A stretch of 59,425 nt of DNA. It comes from an uncultured Bacteroidales bacterium (lineage in GTDB: Bacteria > Bacteroidota > Bacteroidia > Bacteroidales > UBA932). This document shows, in pieces, positions 7,768 to 16,672 of the stretch (position 1 is its first letter; every line of letters begins with the position of its first letter). A program made the translations under genes and the position numbers. Under the pieces are notes generated by a model. The model ran no database searches. It was given only the letters and a program-made list of their open reading frames with translations, and had not been told where the DNA came from. The stretch is from positions 1-59,425 of the forward strand of contig ONUG01000002.1 of assembly GCA_900320965.1 (NCBI GenBank). Reading direction: 5' to 3'.

Positions 7768-9039
7768 TTATTCTCCGTATAAATAGATTTTTTGTTTTTC
7801 TGTGAGGGTGTCGATGCTGATTCCCCAGTCGGCGAGTTTGCGGAGCGCCACTTCCCTGTCAATTTCCGCAGGGACGTTATGAAGCATCGCTCCAGGTCCC
7901 TGAGCGGAGTCGAAGGGCCGGAGGGTTTTCCTGTTGTCCACCAAATACTTGGCGCTCAAGGCTTGGATCGCGAAACTCATGTCCATGATCTCGGCCGGGT
8001 GACCGTCACCAGCGGCGAGGTTGACAAGGCGCCCTTCGGCGATGATGTAGATTTTCCGGCCGTTGGGGAGAGTATATTCCTGAATATTATTCCTGGCGGG
8101 TTTCTCTCCGGTGGCGAGTTTCTTAAGGTCCCGGACAGAGACTTCGCAGTCGAAATGGCCGGCGTTGCAGCAAATGGCTCCGTCTTTCATGTTCAGGAAG
8201 TGCTCTTTAGTGATGACGTCTTCACAACCAGTCACGGTCACGAAGATGTCTCCGACAGGCGCGGCTTGGGCCATGTTCATGACCCTGAACCCATCCATTA
8301 CTGCCTCCATGGCCTTGATAGGGTCAACCTCGGTGACTATCACTCTGGCTCCCAATCCTTTAGCCCTCATCGCTACACCCTTGCCGCACCAGCCGTAACC
8401 GGCGACGACAACGTCCTTGCCTGCTACGATAAGGTTAGTGGTGCGGTTGATCCCGTCCCAGACAGACTGGCCTGTTCCGTAGCGATTGTCAAAGAAATGC
8501 TTGCAGGCCGCATCGTTGACAAGCATCATCGGGAACTGGAGTTTGCCTGCTTTGTCCATGGCTTGCAAGCGAAGGATTCCTGTAGTGGTCTCCTCGCATC
8601 CTCCGATCACACCGGGGATCAGTTCCGGGTAGTTCTCGTGGATCATGTTGACAAGGTCTCCCCCGTCGTCGATAATTATGTTAGGGCCAGCCTCGATCAC
8701 TCGGCGGATGCCGCTCTCATATTCCTCGGGAGTGGCTCCGTGGACAGCGAAAACGTTAAGTCCTTCGTGGACAAGCGCTGCCGCGACATCGTCCTGGGTC
8801 GAGAGGGGGTTGCTTCCAGTGATGAACATCTCGGCTCCTCCATGGGCGAGAATCTCGCACAGGCGGGCGGTCTTTGCCTCAAGATGGACAGACAAAGCCA
8901 CTTTCAGTCCTTTGAATGGTTTCGTGTCCAAAAACTCCCTATCCAGACCTTCGAGAAGCGGCATGTGGTGCCGTACCCAATTGATTTTCAACTCCCCGCT
9001 TTCCCAAAGCTCCGGGTTTCGAATCATACTAATTGACAT
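7768..9039 (-). CDS. ahcY: Adenosylhomocysteinase (SAH hydrolase)
   Basis: HLEAKTA, SNPLSTQD, IIDDGGDL, EETTTG, DNRYGTGQS, GYGWCGKG, NAGHFD, EGRLVNL, GHPAEIMDMSF. Start placed at ATG 9039 (MSISMIRN). Confidence 0.95.
   Translation of the reverse strand: MSISMIRNPELWESGELKINWVRHHMPLLEGLDREFLDTKPFKGLKVALSVHLEAKTARLCEILAHGGAEMFITGSNPLSTQDDVAAALVHEGLNVFAVHGATPEEYESGIRRVIEAGPNIIIDDGGDLVNMIHENYPELIPGVIGGCEETTTGILRLQAMDKAGKLQFPMMLVNDAACKHFFDNRYGTGQSVWDGINRTTNLIVAGKDVVVAGYGWCGKGVAMRAKGLGARVIVTEVDPIKAMEAVMDGFRVMNMAQAAPVGDIFVTVTGCEDVITKEHFLNMKDGAICCNAGHFDCEVSVRDLKKLATGEKPARNNIQEYTLPNGRKIYIIAEGRLVNLAAGDGHPAEIMDMSFAIQALSAKYLVDNRKTLRPFDSAQGPGAMLHNVPAEIDREVALRKLADWGISIDTLTEKQKIYLYGE
7895..7917 (-). repeat. 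REP-like element inserted in frame in ahcY
   Basis: GGTCCCTGAGCGGAGTCGAAGGG on + (CCCTTCGACTCCGCTCAGGGACC on -) encodes PFDSAQGP in a C-terminal loop. It has the same CTTC-spacer-TCAG layout as the intergenic REPs. Confidence 0.6.
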
Positions 9040-9147
9040 ACGATGTTCCTTAAAAAACTTGCGAATATAACTAAATATATTTTGAAGTTGTCCCAATGTT
9101 AAGTATTTTCGCTTCATCCGATTAAGTATAATGGAGGTATTTCATAC

Positions 9148-10011
9148 ATGAAATCGAGTAGAATAGTATTCGCTATATTATTTGTAATAGTATTCATTTC
9201 TTTATTGATTACAGGCTGCTCCGAGGTTATTCATGAAAGACCTGAATCAAGGAGGACAGTATTCTTCTCTGATTCTGTGATTACGATGAAGGGTGATTCG
9301 CTCCTTACAACCGTAGTCGCCAGCCCAGATAGTTATATCATAAGCGTAATTAGTGACGACCAATATCTTCGTAAGCGGGAAAAACGAATCTGGCTGGCAT
9401 GTTTCTTCTCCGTTTTAATGATAGGTGGCATAGCCGCTTTGATATACTCTCGAATTAAATTTCGGTTGATCGAACGACTCAATTTAGAATTGCATGAGAA
9501 AGTAGGTACTATTGGTGATTTGAAAACCAGAATCGAAATACTTGACAGTAAGTCAGATTCGATTTCTACAACCTTGGATATGATTCTTAAACAGAACATT
9601 GACACAATCAGGAGGTTGAATGACGAGCGAGAAGTATTAGGCAAAAAAGAAGAAGCCGAAGTTTATCCGGACAAGTTAGAAATGTTACAAGGAAAGCTAG
9701 ACTCTTTGCATCTTGAGATGGAACGACTGCATAATAAAGTTCCTTTACAGAAGAGCCTTGAGAAATCATTGGATTCAGCCAAGAACGAAATAGTAAAAAG
9801 ATCGAGGAATATTTTCGGAGATTCTCTCAATGAAAGCGATTATCAAGTCTTGACCGGAGTTTTCGCTGGATTATCAGCGAATGAGATTAGTTTCTTGACA
9901 GGTTTGGCCCCGGGTACCGTTCGAACTAGAAAAAGTCGTCTTAAGACTCGTATTCTGGCTCTACCGGAAAGTCAGGATAAAGAGGAAATAATGGCGTATT
10001 TCGCAAGATAA
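9148..10011 (+). CDS. Membrane-anchored regulator with a C-terminal LuxR-like HTH and a very short periplasmic part
   Basis: Lipoprotein-like signal (LITGC), TM segment IWLACFFSVLMIGGIAALIY, coiled coil, then GLSANEISFLTGLAPGTVRTRKSRLKTRI. Confidence 0.7.
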   Translation: MKSSRIVFAILFVIVFISLLITGCSEVIHERPESRRTVFFSDSVITMKGDSLLTTVVASPDSYIISVISDDQYLRKREKRIWLACFFSVLMIGGIAALIYSRIKFRLIERLNLELHEKVGTIGDLKTRIEILDSKSDSISTTLDMILKQNIDTIRRLNDEREVLGKKEEAEVYPDKLEMLQGKLDSLHLEMERLHNKVPLQKSLEKSLDSAKNEIVKRSRNIFGDSLNESDYQVLTGVFAGLSANEISFLTGLAPGTVRTRKSRLKTRILALPESQDKEEIMAYFAR

Positions 10012-10019
10012 ATAGACCA

Positions 10020-10119
10020 TGTAACGGTGTCTTTTTGATAAATTATTAATAATCAGGGTGTTGCAATTATATTTGTAACGCCCTTTATTTGTTAGAAGAC
10101 AGTCTTATCTCTACCTTTG
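10020..10119 (+). promoter_or_regulatory. Promoter of the peptide/GLPGLI cassette, with a candidate operator direct repeat
   Basis: TGTAACG at 10020-10026 and 10074-10080; TTTG 10088-10091, a 20-nt spacer and TACCTTTG 10112-10119. Confidence 0.6.
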
Positions 10120-10145
10120 CATTGAAATTTAAACATCTTCAGATT

Positions 10146-10367
10146 ATGAAAAAGAAACTTATTTCTGTCACGATTGTGACGATAGTCGCAATCGTTGTTG
10201 GTACGATTCTGTTAAAGGCGAATGTCGAACCTAAAAAAGTTTGCGATGGGACTATTAGTGGATTAAAGTATTATTGTACTAATGAAGTCACAGAGAGATG
10301 TTCTTATGTCGATGGCGGAATTCAAGGAGAGACCAATTGTTACGGGAAGTTTTATTTGGATTATTGA
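10146..10367 (+). CDS. Small exported Cys-rich peptide, NVEALA-like (73 aa)
   Basis: MKKKL plus a hydrophobic segment, then LLKANVE, then a tail with 4 Cys. First gene after the promoter. Confidence 0.6.
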   Translation: MKKKLISVTIVTIVAIVVGTILLKANVEPKKVCDGTISGLKYYCTNEVTERCSYVDGGIQGETNCYGKFYLDY

Positions 10368-10381
10368 CTCCGCACATAGAC

Positions 10382-11398
10382 ATGATCCCGATATTAAAGT
10401 GGCTCATTATTGCAATTGTTAGCCTTACAGCTTGCTCACGGCAAGCTGTAAGGCAATCCCCCAAAGAGGTCGATGTGGACAAAGTCGAACTTTCTGAGAA
10501 AACGGTTGATGCGAGTTGTGACACATTAATTAGAGTCCCGGAATCTCCAGGCGTTAGCATCCATATATATAAAGATTATATATGTAAACTATATTTCAAG
10601 GACAATAGCACTCCTATGAGTTTTGAAGTCTGGAATATGGATAATAATCGACAGCTCTACAGATATGACACCCAACGTGATAATCTTTTGTTTCCTATTG
10701 GAACATGGTCAAATAGCCATCTCACAATCAATGACTCTGTTTCTGAAAAGATTTTATTGTTCAATATTGATGATGCGGTAAAAGCGAAGGATTATATTCC
10801 CGAGAAAAAGTCAACGCATATTTCAAGTACCAGAATAATCCCTTGGAATAATAGATTGGCTTTCCTGAATGATTATTCATATAAAGATAATATCCAGCGC
10901 ATCTGCTTCACAAATAGAAACTGGATATACAAAGAGAAACACAAGTACGACTTTAACTCTGCGAATGTCATTCATGGCGATTTGATTTCAAATAATTCAA
11001 ACTCCAAGGCCGCTTATGTTCCAGATAATAACAATACAATCGAAATACTCGACAGCGGGGGAAATAAAGAGGTTTTGATACAGTTATACCATGAAACCAG
11101 GCAGGAAATCGCCTCTTTCGATCTTAATGGAACTACGATTTATGCGTTTAAATCTCCCGCTGTAGAATGCTTCAGCTCAGCATGTGGCGGATTCAATACT
11201 TTTGTCGCAGGATATATTGATGATGATAGGAATCATTCCATTGTGGTTTTTGATTGGGAGGGACATCTCTTGGGCATATTTAAGGTAGGTGGTGAAATTA
11301 AAGATTTATCATATTCAGAAGATGAAAAAAACATCTACGCTTTTGAACGTATTGACAACTTTTACTACCTGATCAAGTATTCAGTCCCCTTAATTTAA
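10382..11398 (+). CDS. Lipoprotein, probable TolB-like/6-bladed beta-propeller
   Basis: Lipobox SLTAC after ATG 10382; beta-rich; C-terminal IVVFDWEGHLL...LSYSEDEKNIYA is typical of Bacteroidales propeller lipoproteins. Confidence 0.6.
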   Translation: MIPILKWLIIAIVSLTACSRQAVRQSPKEVDVDKVELSEKTVDASCDTLIRVPESPGVSIHIYKDYICKLYFKDNSTPMSFEVWNMDNNRQLYRYDTQRDNLLFPIGTWSNSHLTINDSVSEKILLFNIDDAVKAKDYIPEKKSTHISSTRIIPWNNRLAFLNDYSYKDNIQRICFTNRNWIYKEKHKYDFNSANVIHGDLISNNSNSKAAYVPDNNNTIEILDSGGNKEVLIQLYHETRQEIASFDLNGTTIYAFKSPAVECFSSACGGFNTFVAGYIDDDRNHSIVVFDWEGHLLGIFKVGGEIKDLSYSEDEKNIYAFERIDNFYYLIKYSVPLI

Positions 11399-11409
11399 TA
11401 GCCATTGAC

Positions 11410-12309
11410 ATGAGAATCTCTCCCTATAAGTTTATTCTGTTGTTTTTAATTGTGGTGTCTCAGAGTTATTCGCTTCACGCTCAGAATACCATGATAGAGA
11501 CGTTTTCTGACTTCGGGAAAGGAATCATTTTCGCAGATGGTGTAACTACACTGAACGATCCAGGCTACACCTATGACAAAATAGACGATCTCAATATCGA
11601 AATCCTCTATGACACATTCTTGTCTTTCACCGACAACCCAAAAGAAGGGATCAACAATGAGATGCTCCTCCAAATAGGGAGAAGGTGGACGAAATTCTTT
11701 TCCCCACTCCTGCATGCGTGCGATTCAGCCTTGCAGTCAGGAGGCCGACAAATAGGTTTCAGAAGCAAAGTTCTCTCAAAAGCAAATCCTGTATTCATCA
11801 ATGATTGCTACTACACAGATCTTACTTCAGGAGAGCTGTCATTTGTTTGCAGGTTTGCGACCGAAGATTTTGAATATACAGAGATCCCTCCATGCATCGA
11901 ATGGAAAACCGGCACTGAGACCAAAACAATCTGCGGGTACAAATGCTTTAAAGCTACCGGCCGATTCCGCGGAAGAACTTATGAGGTATGGTACGCTGAA
12001 GATATTCCCACATCTGTGGGTCCATGGAAACTCAGGGGATTACCAGGAGCTATTCTTTTTGCAGAGGACACTGACAGACTCTGTCGCTTCGAAGCCACTT
12101 CTGTATCATTCGACCAAGGAGTAATCGAGAAGCCTAAGTATCCTTATTTTAATATATCAAGAAAACAATACAGGACAATGCTTGGGCAGTATTTTAAAAC
12201 TCCGGGAAGGTTCTGTAGCATGCACATGAGCCGGGCCCCTGGAATAGTGATCACTCCGCCCGCAAAAGAGACTCCTCTTCGAGGAGTAGTCCTATTAGAA
12301 AAACAATGA
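11410..12309 (+). CDS. GLPGLI family protein
   Basis: WKTGTETKTICGYKCFKATGRFRGRTYEVWYAEDIPTSVGPWKLRGLPGAIL; signal peptide. Confidence 0.92.
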   Translation: MRISPYKFILLFLIVVSQSYSLHAQNTMIETFSDFGKGIIFADGVTTLNDPGYTYDKIDDLNIEILYDTFLSFTDNPKEGINNEMLLQIGRRWTKFFSPLLHACDSALQSGGRQIGFRSKVLSKANPVFINDCYYTDLTSGELSFVCRFATEDFEYTEIPPCIEWKTGTETKTICGYKCFKATGRFRGRTYEVWYAEDIPTSVGPWKLRGLPGAILFAEDTDRLCRFEATSVSFDQGVIEKPKYPYFNISRKQYRTMLGQYFKTPGRFCSMHMSRAPGIVITPPAKETPLRGVVLLEKQ

Positions 12310-12321
12310 ACACTTTGAATA

Positions 12322-12771
12322 ATGAAGATAGCCTTAGTGACACTATCTATTATACTGCTTGTTTGTAGTTGCACTGAAAAGAGAACCGAAGATCTCGCTC
12401 TTCGGTTCATGAGGGCATCGCTCATTGAGTATTCTAAGGGGGATAAACCTCTGGCTGACACGTTGTTCCACTATTCTGTTCCAATTATTAAAGATAAAGA
12501 TGAGCAGTTTATTTATGTGGCCAATCCCGAATGTTCATTCTGCATAGCCTCTGCGATCAGCTGCTGCAACGCCTGGTCACAAACAAGCTCTGAGTCTCCT
12601 TTCTATTTCCTGACAAAGTCAGACTATACGGAACTGTTTGAATTCTACATGGAAAGGGATTGCGACAAGAAAGTCCCGGTTTTCTCTTCAGAGGATTGTT
12701 CATTCCTCGAGGATGGATTGTACACTATAAGGGATGGACATGTCTTCTCGTATTCAAGTTGGACTCCTTGA
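12322..12771 (+). CDS. Small lipoprotein with a thioredoxin-like CxxC motif
   Basis: Lipobox VCSC; FIYVANPECSFCIASAI. Confidence 0.55.
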   Translation: MKIALVTLSIILLVCSCTEKRTEDLALRFMRASLIEYSKGDKPLADTLFHYSVPIIKDKDEQFIYVANPECSFCIASAISCCNAWSQTSSESPFYFLTKSDYTELFEFYMERDCDKKVPVFSSEDCSFLEDGLYTIRDGHVFSYSSWTP

Positions 12772-15313
12772 GGCTATCATAGCACTGGTCATAAGTTCAG
12801 TGCCTTTGTCCGCCCAAGAGGTCAGCGGGAGGGTCACTGACGCTAAGAGCGGGGAGGCTCTAGTCGGGGCGATAGTGAGGTCCTTGAATGACAAGGGGGA
12901 GACTGTCGGGTACGTTATGACCGGCAAGGACGGGCGGTTCATCATCCAGGCAGGCAAGGACGTGAGAGCCATCAAGATCGCCCTTCTCGGCTATAAGGAG
13001 AAGACCCTCGAGCCCCCTTTTGTGAAAAATCCGGGAATTGCGTTGGTGCCGGAGGACTTGAAGATAAAGGAGTCTGTGGTGCAGGCAAGGAAGGTCAGGA
13101 TGGCAGGTGACACTGCGATCTACAATGTAAAGGCCCTAACCACCAGGGACGACCTAGTGCTTGGGGATGTGCTCAAAAGAATTCCAGGGATAGAGGTCAC
13201 ATCCTCGGGGCATCTCAAAGTGGACGGGAGGGACCTGGGGAAGTTTTATGTCAACGGCAAGGATGTCCTGGAGGGCAACTACAACCTCGCCACCAAGAAG
13301 CTTTCCGTTGATGCGGTCAAAAAGGTAGAGGTGATGCGGAACCACCAATACATCAAGATGTTGCGTGGGATGCAGGAATCCGACCAGGCGGCCGTGAACA
13401 TCGTTCTGGACGAGAAGGCAAAGGGCAAGGTCAACGCCATAGGGGCTTTAATCGGTGGCTACCAGGCTGGGAAGCCGTATATTCCTAATTCGGAGAGCGC
13501 CACGGCGTTTTATCTTGGGGACGGCCTGTCCTCCGTCCTGGACGCCGGGTTCGACGCCAGTGGCAAACCGTCCAGAGGAATCACTTATTACAGGCTCCCC
13601 CTCTCGGACAACCGCTACTCCATCCAGAGCGAGTTGAACATGGCCTCAGCCAAGGCCCCGCTGAGCGACTCCAGGTCGCTTTTCAACAAATCCCTCGACT
13701 TGAGGACGGTCAACACCCTGACGCCCTCCGATGATATAAAGACAGGGGCGACGTTCTCATATTCATGGGACGAGAGAAACTCCTCTGACTCAAGGATATC
13801 CGTGTATCACTTCGAAGACAGGCCCGACAAGACTATAACCAGGATTGAGGATCGGATAGAGAGGAATGCCAAGATGACGGGCAAGATCAACTATTCCGAC
13901 AACTCCCCAAAACACTATATTTCCGATGCGTTGTTCGCCGACATGGGGAAAGGTTTCGGGACAGCTTCCGTGTCCGGGGATGACATCCTTGGTCAGCGGG
14001 GGGAGAGAAAGTCGTGGGACATAAACAACAACCTGGGCGCCCTTTTCAAGACTGGATCCGGCAGGGCGCTCGGGGTGAAAAGCTACACGCAGCTGTCCGG
14101 CTTCACCGAGGGTCTCGACATTCTGACCGGGCCGCAAAAACAGGATATTCACTCCTCCGCCATTTTCGAGGACTTGTCCCTGAGCGACATTAGCCGCATG
14201 AGGGGCGACTTCTCATTTTCTCTCCAGCCGGTTTTGAAGTGGACCCTATTCGAGAGGTCATCCTCCCTCAAGGGCATGACGGAAGATGAGATCCTTGGGC
14301 GGAAGGAGGACAAGTCCAGGGCTACTTACCTGACAGGGGGGCTGGACTGGAGCGTGTTCTACCGGAAGGGCCGGTTCAGCGCCAGCGTCCAGGGGAATCT
14401 CCATTACGACCGGGCGAGCTACGGACCCTACAAGACGGACAGGTTCCTTTCCGATGAGTCGATTGGGGTCAAATACGAGACGGGAAGGCTGATGGCGTCG
14501 GTCGGCGGAGGGGTCTCGACCAGCCGTCCGGACATCCAGGACCTCGGGTCCGTCCTGATTCTCTACGACTACGACGGCCTCCGGAGAGGGCAGGAATCGC
14601 TGGCGTTCCTTCCCGAGCGGTATGTCCAAGGAGAGGTGGTCCTCAGGGAGCCGGTGAGCGGCTGGTACCTCAGGGCGAGCTCAAGATTCGACAAGACCGA
14701 GAGCCTCCTCGGCGGTAGGGACGTGCTTGAGAATTACATCCTGAGCTACAACACAGATGGGACGGTGGGACACGGGGTGTGGGCCAGTTCGGCGGAGATT
14801 ACCAAGGGGCTATATTCCATCAACGGGAAAATCTCCGCAAGGGTGGTTTACAACCGCTCCTCCTCAACCCTAATGCAGAACGGGGTCTCGACCGGTTATG
14901 TGTCGAAACTCCTGTCCCCTTCAGTGGAGTTGTCAACCTCTCCCTTAAATTTCTGGAATATAACAGGTTCCGCCGCAATGAGCTTCTTCCTGACCGAGGC
15001 GGGTGGAGGCCATGTTGGGAAGACCATGAGCGCGACCGCGTCAGTGACAAACTCCTTCTATCTCAGCGAGAGGATCTCAGCAGGGTTGGTCACGGACATT
15101 TTCCACAACTCCACCGTGGGCAAGACAACTGTCTTTCCCGACGCATTCATCACCTGGAAAAGCCCCAAGAAACTCCGCTTAAGGCTTCAGGCGAATAACC
15201 TTATGAACATGAAAGAATACTCCTATGTCTCGATAAATCCCTTGATGGAAACGACTTACAGCTACAAGATCCGGCCGCTTTCCATCATGCTCTCCGCCAA
15301 CTGGACGCTCTGA
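12734..15313 (+). CDS. Outer-membrane beta-barrel / TonB-dependent-receptor-like protein with a carboxypeptidase-regulatory-like N-domain
   Basis: VSGRVTDAKSGEALVGAIV; DVLKRIPGIEV...FYVNGKD plug-like region of GLPGLI-associated barrels; C-terminal LQANNL...MLSANWTL. Confidence 0.8.
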   Translation: MDMSSRIQVGLLEAIIALVISSVPLSAQEVSGRVTDAKSGEALVGAIVRSLNDKGETVGYVMTGKDGRFIIQAGKDVRAIKIALLGYKEKTLEPPFVKNPGIALVPEDLKIKESVVQARKVRMAGDTAIYNVKALTTRDDLVLGDVLKRIPGIEVTSSGHLKVDGRDLGKFYVNGKDVLEGNYNLATKKLSVDAVKKVEVMRNHQYIKMLRGMQESDQAAVNIVLDEKAKGKVNAIGALIGGYQAGKPYIPNSESATAFYLGDGLSSVLDAGFDASGKPSRGITYYRLPLSDNRYSIQSELNMASAKAPLSDSRSLFNKSLDLRTVNTLTPSDDIKTGATFSYSWDERNSSDSRISVYHFEDRPDKTITRIEDRIERNAKMTGKINYSDNSPKHYISDALFADMGKGFGTASVSGDDILGQRGERKSWDINNNLGALFKTGSGRALGVKSYTQLSGFTEGLDILTGPQKQDIHSSAIFEDLSLSDISRMRGDFSFSLQPVLKWTLFERSSSLKGMTEDEILGRKEDKSRATYLTGGLDWSVFYRKGRFSASVQGNLHYDRASYGPYKTDRFLSDESIGVKYETGRLMASVGGGVSTSRPDIQDLGSVLILYDYDGLRRGQESLAFLPERYVQGEVVLREPVSGWYLRASSRFDKTESLLGGRDVLENYILSYNTDGTVGHGVWASSAEITKGLYSINGKISARVVYNRSSSTLMQNGVSTGYVSKLLSPSVELSTSPLNFWNITGSAAMSFFLTEAGGGHVGKTMSATASVTNSFYLSERISAGLVTDIFHNSTVGKTTVFPDAFITWKSPKKLRLRLQANNLMNMKEYSYVSINPLMETTYSYKIRPLSIMLSANWTL

Positions 15314-15314
15314 A

Positions 15315-15370
15315 AGATTCTTCACTTCAGATTCTTCACTTCGTTCAGAATGACAAGGGGCAGAATGACA
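15315..15370 (+). repeat. REP-like element cluster
   Basis: Partial AGATTCTTCACTTC (15315-15328), full AGATTCTTCACTTCGTTCAGAATGACA (15329-15355, identical to 54028-54054) and an extra CAGAATGACA (15361-15370). Confidence 0.85.
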
Positions 15371-15489
15371 TGAGGAAATAAGGCGGCGGTTATTTTCCTT
15401 AACCCTATTTTTTAATATCTTTGTAGAATCTTCATTAATGTGATGAAGAGACTATAATTGCATATTATAACACAATAAGAATAAAAGTA

Positions 15490-16236
15490 ATGGGATTATT
15501 GGAAGGAAAAGTCGCCCTTGTGACGGGCGCCGCGAGAGGAATCGGAAAGGCGATCGCGCTTAAATTCGCATCCGAGGGAGCTGATGTCGCTTTCACAGAC
15601 CTTGTGATCAACGAGGCTGCCGAGCAAACGATCAAAGAGCTTGAGGCTTTCGGCCACAGAGTCAAAGGATACGCTTCCAACGCCGCCAATTTCGAGGAGA
15701 CACACACTGTCGTGGAGCAGATCCTCGCTGACTTTGGCAGGATTGATATTCTTGTGAATAACGCTGGAATCACCAAGGATGGCCTTATGATGAGGATGAG
15801 CGAGCAGCAGTGGGACGCCGTCATTGGTGTCAACCTCAAGTCCGCGTTCAACTTCATCCATGCCGTCACGCCGATCATGGCTCGCCAGAGAGGCGGTAGC
15901 ATCATCAACATGTCTTCCGTCGTGGGAGTTTCCGGCAACGCTGGCCAGTGCAACTATTCCGCCTCCAAGGCTGGAATGATCGGACTCGCGAAGTCTATCG
16001 CGAAGGAGATGGGTCCTAGAGGAATCAGGGCAAACTGCATAGCTCCTGGTTTCATCATCTCTGACATGACCAATGCCCTCTCACAGGAGGTTCGTGACGC
16101 TTGGACAAAGCAGATTCCTCTAAGAAGAGGTGGAACTCCCGAGGATGTGGCCAATGTCGCTCTCTTCCTCGCCAGCGATCTTTCCGGCTATGTCAGCGGT
16201 CAGGTCATCCACTGCTGCGGAGCCATGAATTGTTAA
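15490..16236 (+). CDS. fabG: 3-oxoacyl-ACP reductase
   Basis: TGAARGIG, NNAGITKD, YSASK, IAPGFI; promoter element TATCTTTG at 15416-15423. Confidence 0.95.
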   Translation: MGLLEGKVALVTGAARGIGKAIALKFASEGADVAFTDLVINEAAEQTIKELEAFGHRVKGYASNAANFEETHTVVEQILADFGRIDILVNNAGITKDGLMMRMSEQQWDAVIGVNLKSAFNFIHAVTPIMARQRGGSIINMSSVVGVSGNAGQCNYSASKAGMIGLAKSIAKEMGPRGIRANCIAPGFIISDMTNALSQEVRDAWTKQIPLRRGGTPEDVANVALFLASDLSGYVSGQVIHCCGAMNC

Positions 16237-16237
16237 T

Positions 16238-16666
16238 ATGTCCGCCCTTCCCGACCTCAAGACCCTTCTAAAGGGAAAGCCCGGAAGCCTATTCGGGCAA
16301 CTCATTAGGTATGTCTTGGTCGGAGGCGTCTCATTTATAGTTGATTATGGCAGCCTTTGGCTTCTCACTGAGAAGGCGGGGCTGCCTTATCTTTGGTCAG
16401 CGGCCCTTGCGTTTGTCCTTGGGCTGGTCTGCAATTATATTCTCAGCACAAAGTGGGTCTTCGGAGAGAGCCGCATCAAGAACGGATGGGGAGAATTTGC
16501 CGCTTTCGCCTTGATCGGTGTGATAGGCCTTGGACTCAATGAGTTGATTATGTACTCCTGTACTGACGGTCTTGGCTTCCATTACATGTTGTCCAAGATT
16601 ATCTCCACAGGAATAGTTTTTTTCTGGAATTTCCTCGCGAGGAGGTTCCTTGTTTTCAAATCTTGA
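16238..16666 (+). CDS. GtrA family flippase-like membrane protein
   Basis: QLIRYVLVGGVSFIVDY...CNYILSTKWVF...SKIISTGIVFFWNF; four TM segments. Confidence 0.9.
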   Translation: MSALPDLKTLLKGKPGSLFGQLIRYVLVGGVSFIVDYGSLWLLTEKAGLPYLWSAALAFVLGLVCNYILSTKWVFGESRIKNGWGEFAAFALIGVIGLGLNELIMYSCTDGLGFHYMLSKIISTGIVFFWNFLARRFLVFKS

Positions 16667-16672
16667 CACGGC

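Noticed and set aside
7792-9036. Long antisense ORFs (also 25268-26257, 44564-45712, 49029-50090, 56377-57471)
   Set aside because: Mirror frames of well-supported genes with biased codon usage; no recognisable motifs.
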